Positions 46,003 to 57,382 of a DNA stretch of 64,000 nt are shown piece after piece (positions within the stretch are counted from its first letter, which is position 1; the number at the start of each line of letters is the position of its first letter). The notes beneath the pieces were generated by a model. It was not told the DNA's origin. It saw only the letters and a list, made by a program, of their open reading frames with translations, and made no database searches. This stretch comes from Eledone cirrhosa (taxonomy: Eukaryota): the NCBI GenBank assembly GCA_964016885.1, contig OZ024742.1, positions 268,150,001 through 268,214,000 on the forward strand, written 5' to 3'. The position numbers and the translations under genes were made by a program.

Positions 46003-47602
46003 TTCGCACATACACACACATAGACACACGCACACACACACATACACACACACAATTAAGACAGACACAGAGACATACAAAAATCTCTCTCTATATATAT
46101 GTGTGCATGTATTATAACAACGTAATAAGGAGCGATGATTTAAATCACCTTATGCTAATAGGTAATCACTTATCGTTAAATAAAATACCTGGCTTGATTC
46201 ATTTGAGAGAACTAAGCGACTGAACGAAAGCATCGGTGAATTTCTCTGAGTGAAATCCGGAAATATACAAAATAATAAAAATACATATACGTTATGTGTT
46301 TATGTTTGGGCATATAAGTGTAATGGTTGTTTACTTGCACCAATGCATAACACTTATGCTTCACATAATTCTTATATATCTCCACAATATCTTTACTTGA
46401 ATCTAAATTGAATTTATAGCCTACGAGTGAATTGCGTGTTGTTTGGCATATATGACAGATTTAACTAGATGATATTAGTAGTTATGACATTCTTTGACAT
46501 ATTATAGTTTGATAACTTTCCGTAAACGTCTTTGGTTTTGATCATTGGTATGGCTGGTTAGTGGAAGGAATGGTCAAGTATAATATTCGGATGGTTCACC
46601 AGTTCAGTTTAAACTTTCATTGGTGTGGCATAATGTAAAATAAACTATTCAAAACCAGTGAATCATTCTCGTTTTTCCTTAAAATTAAGTCGATGCCTTT
46701 TTACGGCTTACTTGGTCATCAGTTCGTGTATTCACAACATATATAATTTGCAACATTTTTCATACATCATACATTTACTAAACGTTCCTGTAACATTGAA
46801 CAACCAGTACAATCTCACTTTTGGAATTCTAATATGTTTCTAGTTCATAAACCCGTCTTAAACTTCCCAGATAATCCAAGAAACTGATTTTAGAGAGACT
46901 AACTGTATGGATTATGAATAGCTCATCAACCGAGACTCTAATTGTATCTACTTTATTTAAACGTAACATATTGAGTAATGAGGATGATTGATTTTAAATT
47001 AATTAATTAACTTTTTCGGTATATGACTTTCCAGTTCCATAAGCAAAATTGAAAGAAAATGAATATTATTTCAGCTTTTTGAGAAGGCTCATACATGTAA
47101 AATAAGATGTCTATATTCCTGACGAATAAGAGCACTGTATCATTAAAGTAGTGAGGTTATTTAATTAATTTACCAAATCTGCCGACTCTAAAATATATTA
47201 TTTTGAAATAATTTCTGCATCTATCACTTATCGTAACAGATTCTAGAATGTATTATAAACAATACATACAACAAACAATCCATTTACTTGATCGGATACT
47301 TTGATCTCAATATGGTTATCATTCGGTGTTAAGCAATGTGTTTATATATAGATATTCATTCGTTGGAAGTACAGATTACTTCACGATAGGGATAATTAAG
47401 CAAGAATGATTTTAAATAAACCATCGAATGCCAAAAAAGATTGCAATGAAGATCTAATAAAATAGAGTAGTCATACATACTTTAATTGTATTCTACTGCA
47501 TTTTATTTAATTTATACACATCATGAATGTAAGCAATTTCTATGACAAGGTCCAAATGTAAAACAATGACACCGGATGAATCTTGTTATTAAACGTGCTT
47601 AA

Positions 47603-47820
47603 GGCTGGGGGATTGGCAGTAACGGTAGAGTGTGTGACAATCATGTTTTCGAGCATAGAGTTATGGCCATTTTCGTTCTGAATTCATATCCCGCCAAGGT
47701 TAGCTTTGCCTTTCATCATTACAGGTCGATAAAATAAAGCACCAGTAGTACACTGAGGTCGTTTTAATCAACTTTACCGTCCCCTTCAAATTGCTAATGT
47801 GGAGGCAGATATTAAAAGTG
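47603..47820 (+). mobile_element. tRNA-derived SINE (A/B box head)
   Basis: A-box-like TGGCAGTAACGGTAGAG; B-box-like GTTCTGAATTCATATCCCGCC; body CTTTGCCTTTCATC...GGTCGATAAAATAAAGCACCAGT. Confidence 0.7.
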
Positions 47821-48004
47821 GTTAAAACAGCACACCCATACGTTACTTTCAAATGGATCCCGACCAAAACGAGATCTTAGCCAAAACAATTTCCGTGGTT
47901 TCTTGTCCAAGAGACCAGGTTAAACAATGCTTCTATCTTGCGCCATGTCCTTGGGCAAGACACTTTACTTCACGTTGCTCCTTCTACCTGCTTTAAATAT
48001 ATAT

Positions 48005-48396
48005 ATATCATAAATCATGTCCTTAGAATTATTAGATAAAATATATACCATTTCCTCTCCCCATTAGAATAATTAACCAACATTTCAACAGCATGTAGAA
48101 ACTGACTAAATATACCGTCAACCATACACAATTAGGTGTAAATTCAAACTTAGAAGAAATGTGTACATACCGTAATTATATCTCTACCATGGTTTCGTCC
48201 GTATTTTTAGACATCCTATTATCAGAATATATCCAGAGTAACAGACTCATCAGGAGCAAACTCAAGATTGGACAGTTAATTTTCCTTTATTCTTATAGCC
48301 TGGTCTAATTGATTTTTTATATGGTTAATTATGCTAATTGGGAGAGGAAATGGTATATATTTTATCTAATAATTCTAAGGACATGATTTATGATAT
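48005..48396. mobile_element. Small element with about 75-bp inverted repeats enclosing a hammerhead
   Basis: 48005-48079 ATATCATAAATCATGTCCTTAGAATTATTAGATAAAATATATACCATTTCCTCTCCC... is the reverse complement of 48322-48396. Confidence 0.8.
48182..48256 (-). ncRNA. Type I hammerhead ribozyme (canonical core, long helix II)
   Basis: Minus strand CUC-CUGAUGA-GUCUGU...ACGGAC-GAAA-CCAUGGUA-GAG; palindrome ACCAUGGU; GUA triplet. Confidence 0.8.
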
Positions 48397-48508
48397 ATTG
48401 CTCCGATTATTTAATTTATTAATTCTTCATTGAGCCACAACGTGACCGGTTGCCACATATATATCTATGACTTTATGTATATGTAAATCTTTATATATAT
48501 ATATATAT

Positions 48509-48888
48509 TGAAAGAGTGAAGAATAACATGGTCAACAGTACAAAAAGGGTTTTATTTACAGTATTAACAATTGTTTCATTGATTAAGTTGTCTAAAATTT
48601 GCTAATCACTTGCAGTTGTGTCACTCAATTCTAAATAGAATGTATGCTTAATCAAATCATCGGAAAAACTGATTAAAATTATACACGGCGTTTGTAATAT
48701 ACTAAACGCGGTGTATAATTTGAATGAGTTTTTCCGATGATTTGATTAAGCATACATTGTATTTAGAATCGAGTGACACAACTTCAAGTGATTAGCAATT
48801 TTTAGACAACTTAATCAATGAAACAATTGTCAATATTGTAAATAGAACCCTTTTTGTACTTTTCACCGTATTATTCTTCACCCTTTCA
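48509..48888. repeat. 380-bp imperfect palindrome (about 185-bp arms), each arm with a hammerhead-like motif
   Basis: Arms pair around a centre near 48697; right arm reads CCGAUGA-UUUGAUUAAG...CUUAAUCAAU-GAAA-CAAUUGUC. Confidence 0.85.
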
Positions 48889-49037
48889 CTATTATTACTC
48901 CAAGATTCACCTGCATAGGAATTCCCGAGAACTCGCGAACTCGCCACCCAAGGAGATCTCTTGTTGAGACAAACAACGCCGTACGCTAAAACTATCACAA
49001 CCTCTAACTGGATTACCTATAACAATAATTTGTTATC

Positions 49038-49116
<79 letters not shown>

Positions 49117-49270
49117 AAGCAGTAAGCATTAAATATATACATATATACTGGGATTCTACATTAGCGTCTGAATTATGGAAAGAGAGAGTGAGAGAGAGAA
49201 AGAGAGAGAGGGAGGGAGAAAGAGAGAGAGGGAGAGAGAAAGAGAGAGAGAGAGATGTAATGGGGCTCAC

Positions 49271-50195
49271 ACTCTGTGAGCATAAAGGAATTTACTGCTA
49301 TGACAGAGTTGCTTGCAGCAGGCAGTGAAGTCACGTGAGGGATAACGAACTCTCGTTCGCCATAAGACAGTATTAAATGGCGGTAACCTTGGAAATAAAA
49401 TGTACTTCGACTATATAACCATAATTTAGATGTACACTAGTTTGCAGAAAATAAAAAGACAGAATTTGAAAGAAACACAGTAGTAAAGCGGAACTTAATA
49501 CAATTTACTTATATTTCAATTTGTTTTGTTAACTAGCAGTAATATTGACGAGGTTAATATTAGCCATAATCCATTTGGCTCATATTTACTCTCTCAATGA
49601 AATATGGTTTGAACTTGTATCGAGCAAAACCTGTCTCAGAGGGCTAACAAAGCGTATATTGTTAATGTGGCATTTGCACTTCTACTTCTGGACCCATGGT
49701 TTCTCCTAATATAGTAATATTCGAAGCAACTGGCCGAATACTTGATTCTGCATTAACGAGAGAGATAGTGATAGAGAGAGAGAAAAAATATTTCGTTTGC
49801 CCTCTGTGAGCGTAAAAAAAATGAATGATTTGGCAGCGATGTCTACAGCTGGGAGTTGCGTCACATGAGGGAGAAATACCTCTCGTTCGGTGTAGGACAG
49901 TGCTAAATGGCATCAAATATTTGAAATAAAATAAACTTCGACTATATAGCAATAATTTAGATACACGCCAGTGTGGGAGAAATGAACACAGAATTGTAAA
50001 GAAACAGAGAGTTAAAGTGGAAAGAAACGTACGTAAATTGTATTAACTTCACCTCTACCTCAGTTTTTCTTTACAATTCTGTTTTAATTTCCCCCAATAA
50101 TGATGTAGATCTAAAATATGGCTATATAGTCAAAGTAGATTTCATTTCAAACTTTTGCCGCCATTCAGCTCGGTCCTGTTTCGAACGAGAAATTC
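49271..50195. repeat. Three diverged copies of an unclassified repeat of about 220 bp (49271-49495 +, 49801-50022 +, 50046-50195 -)
   Basis: Shared CTCTCGTTCG...ACTTCGACTATATA...ATAATTTAGAT...CAGAATT..AAAGAAAC; third copy is reverse complemented. Confidence 0.65.
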
Positions 50196-50406
50196 GGACT
50201 TTCTGCTATGTTTACATGCCTACATATGCGTATTTATGCTCGTTATTGCTGTCTCAGTTACGTAGTCTGTACTTATACATATATGAATTATTCCGGCAGA
50301 GCTCAATCCGTTTCTCCTATTACTAACTCTACTACCCTAAGTATTGAGTACTCTGGTGCGTTATGGTCCATCTGGTTCCTTACCACAACTCCTTCGTTAT
50401 ATATAC

Positions 50407-50461
<55 letters not shown>

Positions 50462-50502
50462 TAACACACACACACCACACACACACAAACGCAAACACAC
50501 AC

Positions 50503-50604
<102 letters not shown>

Positions 50605-51050
50605 TTATTTTTTTTTAAGCTAAACAAGATAAAGGTAGGAGGCCCGAAAAATATTGCTTTCTAATATGCCATTATGAAGCATATAAGTTTCTTTTGATGT
50701 ATATTTTTACTGTTCTAACTAATATTTAGAACTCTTTTTTATTCACATACAGATCAAAACACTTTTCTATGGAACAATTTTATATTGAACAAAAATGTAT
50801 ACGATTTTACAATTGTTCATCTTCATTTTTTGGCATTTTTTTCTGTTTTGGTTTGTTTACTAAGCGTCTCTATGTCACATCAAAGCTTTGATTGATTTCA
50901 GAAAGAAAGATTTATATTCAGTATATCTATATGTAAACTGAGCTACGCTATCGGGGTCGTTTGTGTCTATATGTATTTGATGTGTTCAGTTATGTTTTAT
51001 TATTTTTCTTCATTATAAGTTCTCTCCCTCTTTCTCTCCCTCTCTCTCAC

Positions 51051-51128
<78 letters not shown>

Positions 51129-51219
51129 TAAATATACATATATGTGTGTGTGTGTGTGTGTGTGTGTTTGTAAGTGTGTGAATATGTCTGTGTGTGTGTG
51201 TGTGTATGTATGTGTGAAT

Positions 51220-51299
<80 letters not shown>

Positions 51300-51403
51300 G
51301 TAACATGAAATTTACACCATAGCGGAAAAAAGTAGCAGTGTCTATCATTTATTAATTTTCAGCGTAACATCAAATATGAGTAGCTTATTCAAAGTAAAAA
51401 TTT

Positions 51404-51442
<39 letters not shown>

Positions 51443-51687
51443 TTTTCTTTATTAACCACAAGGGTTTACATAAAGTAGACATTAAGGACAGTACAGGACA
51501 ATACAGGACGGTACAAATGGGCATTTCTGCGTGTAAAAAAAAAACAGAGGTTGAAATAAAATAACAAAGAAAAATTCCCCAATAGGGGGGAGACTTCCGA
51601 GGGACATTTGTGGAGAAAGCCCATTAAAAGACCACAGTGGCCCTGACCACCAGGGCAAGTGCCCTCTCCCAGTTTTCCACCTTTAAT

Positions 51688-54600
51688 TTACAGACACATA
51701 CTCAGAGAAAGCCCATTCATTCGGGCCATACTTGCTTCTCTCACCCATCTTTCAACAAAATGCTGGGAAGAGAGCACTTCCATCTCTAGCCTGATTTTCC
51801 TTTTCAAATGAAATTTGAAAAAGTTAATCAGGGCATCACCGAAGAGGTAAGTGCTCGTCTTCAGCCCTTTCAAACGTGTCCACCATACTATCTCTTTCGC
51901 CATGGCCACCAGACAGATAAAAACTGCCTGCCCTTCTCGGCTAAAGGAAGGGGGCGGGGCAATCCTCACGATGGACTCAGCTGATAGCTGGATACGTCCT
52001 ACACGTGACAGCAGGTGTTCGACATAAACCCACAAGTCAGCAATGCTTGGACACTGGACGAGTGCGTGCAGGACGGTTTCGTCGCCCTGCGCGCATCTCG
52101 GACATGCCCGGCTGACGGCACCTCCATGCCTGTAGAGATTATCCCGAACTGGCAAAGCTCCTCGGTAGCACTGCCAGGCCAGGGATTTCTGGAAGTTGTC
52201 CATAGGCCCCGGCCCGAAAGTCCTTCCGAAGAGATTGGCTAGTTGATTTTCGTCGACGCCTAGAGTTTCTCCAAGTACGTCGTCGCTCTTCCCCTCCACT
52301 AATCCCCTATAGAACGCCAAGGTGGAGTTTCCACCGATCACATTGCCCGATTGGTCGAGGGCTGTGAGCGCCTGAAGACATTCCTGTCTCCAAGCGCTCC
52401 CTCTCGGTCTTCGCTTGACCCAGGACTGCAGCTCCGTCAAGGAGACGAGCTGGGGAAAAACGTGTCTTGCAAACGGCGACCACACCTGATCACCGTCGAG
52501 GAAGAGGTGGAGATGTCGTAGCCTGAGCGCGTGTCTGCGCATCATCAGCCATGGCATGCCCAGCCCTCCACGTAGCGGGTGTTTACAGCAGATGGACCGC
52601 CTGACCATCGGAGCGCGTCCCTTCCACAAGAAGCGAAAGAGCAAACGCTCCAGCGCAGTCAGGCGGGGCTTAGGACAAGGTACGACGGTCAGGCGGTAGT
52701 AGATGACGGATGCGATGTACGCATTCGCCACCTCCGCTCGACCTTTCAGGGATAGCTTCCTCTCCGCCCATTTCTGGGTGAGAGAAGCCACCCTGCTCGT
52801 CACCTCGTCCCAGTTTTTGTCCGTCTGGAGGTCTGGACCGAACCAGACCCCTAGCAATTTAACCGGTCCGTCCGTCCAGCGCCCGACGACGATGTTGGAC
52901 GGCATGGAGCTGCCTCTCCAGGTGCCGAGCTGCAGGCCCACTGACTTTTCCTGGTTGATCATTGCTCCTGTCACCGCTTCGTATTCTCTTAGTGTAGTGC
53001 CGATCGCCTCGATGTGTTTGGCGTTCGACACCACTACTGTGACATGGTCGGCATATGCTGACACGGATCTTTCGCATCCTAGTTCGCGCGGGACCCCCCT
53101 CAACGTCTCCAGTTTGTGCAGTAATGGCTCGAGAGTCAATACGTACAATAGGGACGAGAGGGGACATCCTTGGCGGACCGAGCGCATGATGTTGAACGGT
53201 TCCGAAAGTTGACCGTTCACTCTCACTACAGAGCAGATGTCGCTGTGCATGGCAGCGATCCAGCCTCTGAAGACGGGCCCAAAGCCAGCCGCCCTCAGGA
53301 CTGCCGCTAGGTAACAATGGTCGACCCTATCGAAGGCTTTCGACTGATCTAAATTGATCAAAGACCCACCCGTGCCAGGTTCCCTAGCTACCCTCTCTAC
53401 GATGTATCGCATGAGGTGGAGGTTGTCGTGGATGGATCTGTCGGGAATGGCGCATTTCTGTGCCTCTCCCACCAGACCACCAACGACAAGCGCCAACCTT
53501 TTTGCAAGCACGTTGGCCAAAATCTTGAACTCTGTGTTTAGCAGAGTTATGGGCCTAAAATTATCTATGTTATCCCCCTTGTTCGGATCCTTTCTCAGCA
53601 GCGCCACCGCTCCTCGGCTCACAGAGCTGGGAATTCTCCCGTTCTGTTGCCAGTTGCAGTAGACGTCCGCCAAGAGGCTTCCGAACAAGTTTGGCATTTG
53701 TACGTAAAGTTCATAGGGCAGACCATCCAAACCAGGCGATTTACTTCAGCGATTTACTTCAGCGGTTGTTATCGGCTTTTCGCAACACTTCGCCTCAGTG
53801 GCCGAAAGCCGCGGCAGTCCGTTGAGGTAGACACTAAAGTCCATCCCTCGATCCGGCCCGCCACTGCCCCCGAACAGTTGAGCGAAGTGTCGCTGAAAAG
53901 CTTCACACATTTGCCCGGGATCGAGTAGCATGCGCCCGTCGTGGTCCACCAAAGACCGTATCGTGGCTTTGTTGCCACGACGCGCCTCCGCCACTCGGGC
54001 CCATTGAACGGCTTTCGTCCCCTCGTGTCTGAGAGCACGCACCCTAGCTCTGACAACGCAGCCTTCGTGCTTTGCATTGAAGAATTGGTCAAGGGCCAAT
54101 TTCGCCGCAAGTACGTCGGTCGCGATACCTTTGCTAAGCGCCTCATCTAATTTTCTAACTAATTCTCCCTCTGCTCTATTTTTCTCTATTGCTAAAGTCT
54201 TACTAAACCTAATGGACTCTATTCTAATTGCTCTTTTCAGAGCAAACCACCACTTGTTGTTGACGATGGCCCCCGTCAACGCCCGCTTAAGTAGTTCGCT
54301 AATCCGGTCTCTGTAGGCCTTGCGCGCTGGTAAGGACGCCTTTAGCTTCCAGGAGCCGGGTCCTCGTCTATGAAGCCTATCTAAGTCAAGCACACAGATC
54401 ACGAATTTGTGGTCCGTGTAGCTGACTATCTTGAATTGTGGACAGGCTATGCTAGACCTATCTATTTCCCTACAAAATACTCTATCTAGATATGATCTGG
54501 ATGACCCTATGCGATTTGTCCAAGTCCACATTGGTACATTCGGGAAATCCATTCGGTACCTGTCAGACAGTTCAAAACGTCTGAGCAGGTTGGTGAGACT

Positions 54601-55089
54601 CTTGTACCCTCCTTCCCTATCCACTAATCCCACACAATCCCAGCGAGCATCTAAGATCCCGTTCCAGTCGCCCACTAACACTAAAGAGCGGGACGTTCCA
54701 AGAAAGGTCTCCAGACGCCGGAAGAAATCAGGCCGCCCTGCTCCTGTCGGGGCATAGACGGCCACTAACCTGAAAGCTTGCCCGTCTCCGCTGGTCACGT
54801 CCAGCACCACCAACTTACCTTCTGGGTCCAGGAAGATGGCCCGTATGGCAAGATCCAAACCTCTCCGAAATAGCACAGCAACTCCTCCCCCCGATCCCGG
54901 ACGGCTGGGAGATGCGTACACATCGTAGCCGCCGAAGATCGGTGCGAAAGCCTGTGTTTCGGAGATTCTGGTCTCGCTGATGGTCACTAGATCTATGTTT
55001 AGTGACCTGAGGTCGTTGAGCAGGTGGCCCTGCTTCCATGACGACCCCAAGCCACGCGCATTTATGCTGCCTATTCTGAGTGAGGTCAT
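51688..55089 (-). pseudogene. Tx1 ORF2 (APE-RT-CCHC) broken by one deletion/duplication at about 53740-53765; YADD changed to YADH
   Basis: ORFs 53746-55089 (447 aa) and 51688-53730 (680 aa); GATTTACTTCAGC is duplicated at the lesion. Confidence 0.92.
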
Positions 55090-55123
55090 GTTGAAAAGGA
55101 GTGGAAAAGATGGGAAAGACCAC

Positions 55124-57109
55124 TTACCTTACTTCTCGTAGGGGAAGGACGGTTTTTCCATCCTTTTGACTGCTTGTGGCCTCCTCAGGAAGGATGTCCT
55201 CATAAATCCACCTGGAGAGTGCTTGTCGGAAGTCTCCGATGTCTTTGGGGAATTTTTGTTTTAGTGTCATGTACGTTTTCTGTGTGATGCGAGTGATTTG
55301 TATGTGTGGAGGTGGTGTGAATTTTGGGGTTGTTGTGTAGTCTTTTTCTGTGATGCTGGTGTTGTGTTGGATGTAGTGTAATAATTGCTTGTTGTTCATA
55401 TTTAATGCTGTGTAGTGTGTATCGTTTTGGTTGTTTTGTTTTGTTTACGTTTGTTGTGGGTTTGTTTCTGATTCGCATTTTGGTGACTTTTGTGGTGTAG
55501 GTGATGGTGGTGTTGGGGTTAATGATGGTGATGGTGTTGGTGTTTGGGTTGATGGGGTTGGTGATGCTGGTGTGGATGGTGGCATATCTGTCCTAACTTT
55601 TTTGTTTCTTAATTTATTTGTTTCCCTCTGTATTTTGTTTTTGGAGGGGGAAGGAAGAGAATTTTTTTCTTTTTTGGTTTCTTTTTTTTTCCGGATATCG
55701 TTTCCCACTCCACGTCGTCACAATCTGTCTCCAGTTGTGATAGGCCGGGGAGTGGAAAATCCTCCACAGCCGTTAGTTTTGGTTGTGGCGTGGTGGATGG
55801 TGTAGGTGCTGGTGCTAGTTCTGAAGCGTTGGGTGGTGGTGGTGTTGGTTTTGCTGGTGTTGGTGGTGGTGGTGTTGGTTTTGCTACTGTTGCTGTGGTT
55901 GTTGCTGTTATAGTTGCTTCTGTTGTTGCTGCTACAGTTGTTGCTGTCATCTCTGCTACTGGTGGTGTTGATGGTTGTGTCACTGGGGTGGGTAGGAGAG
56001 GTGGCCTCAACCTTTTAGCCTGAGGGCAGAAAGCCCTTAGGTGGGTTCCTTCACCACAAACGACACACCTAGGTCTTCTGCCCTCGACAATTACCGTGAG
56101 GTGGCTGCCGTCAGTGAGGTCTATTACCTCTGGGATCTCCTCAATGCTTTTTTGGTCCGCTTGGATCAGGAGCTCCATCCCAGATCCGGACCAGTTCTCC
56201 TGCTATTCTTTTGCTATTGCTATTATTTTCGTGTTGGCTTCGATGCCGGCGAGGACAGCCGCTATTAGCCAGGGAATTTCGATGGCCGGTGGAACGTGGG
56301 TCACCCTGATCTTTACGAGTCTCTGGCCACAATAGCTTGGGACGAGTGTGAAGTCGTCACTTCTTAATGGGGCCATGGAGTGTTCTCTAGCCTCCTCTAG
56401 TGTTTCAAAGAACACGTCCACGGTTCCATACTTTTGCCCACGTCTGATGTGGGTTTTTCTTGCCCACACATGTCCCAAAGCTTTTGGATTTGGGACTCGG
56501 ATGCCCGTTCCACTCGGCGCGATTTTACATTTATTGTTCTATACGACACGGTGCATAGGCGCCGATGCTCCATCTTATTAGGTGGGGGTGGGGGTGGGGG
56601 GTGAGGCTGACCCTGTACCCATCTTTCTTTAGCATTTGTTTGGCATTTTCTAAATCCTCCTGAGTTACCGTAAATGCTTAGAACTGTTTTGCTACTCTGG
56701 CGAAACTGAGGGGGGGGGGGGTTATAATGTCATTGTTGTTGTTGTTGCTATCGTTATTTGTGTTAATATTAATTTTAGTTTCAGTTGAGGTGGTGGTGAC
56801 GTCAGTCGTCTTTGGTGGGGAAGAGTCCATTTTGCTTGATTTCATTTCGACATCACGAGTTAATTTATTTTTTTCTTCTTTTGTTTCTGTTGTCGCGGTG
56901 GTGGTGGTGGTGGTGGAGGCTTTAACACCAGCAGTCATTGGTAATGGCGGGAAATGAATGTCTGCCTGAGACAAATTTAAAATATTTCGAGTGCTTATAT
57001 TTTTTTTTGTGTTGGCAAACGTAGTAACATTTACAATGGTGGTGTCGGTGTGAGGTGTTAATTTGTGAGGAAGGCTTTCAGTTGCTTCGTGCAGAGGTGA
57101 ATTAGCCAC
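55124..57109 (-). pseudogene. Tx1 ORF1 beta, frameshifted
   Basis: Fragments 56678-57118, 56203-56478, 55609-56178 (CCHC), 55445-55708 and 55124-55399. Confidence 0.85.
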
Positions 57110-57317
57110 TTTTTTCAAAGAAATTTTTTTGATAATAATAAAAGTTTAAATTTTGGGCACAAGGCCCCAATCTTTTTGGGTGTCCTTTTCGGAAAACAAT
57201 GTATGTGCGCTTATAAACAGTTAACAATAACATTTTCCATAAATGACAATTTTTAACAAACGGAAATAACAAACCTTTGCGGAGCTCAGGATGATACGAT
57301 TTACTACGTAGGTCGCC

Positions 57318-57356
<39 letters not shown>

Positions 57357-57382
57357 ACTACTACTAATAATAATAATAATAA

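Larger units (their letters stand above)
51442..57317 (-). mobile_element. Full-length Tx1-clade element type beta, lightly damaged
   Basis: (AAT)n flanks at 51407-51441 and 57318-57382; same termini as 13309-19061. Confidence 0.95.

Noticed and set aside
47946-47981. TGTCCTTGGGCAAGACACTT, resembling a V/CORE-type SINE central domain
   Set aside because: Too short and isolated to define an element.
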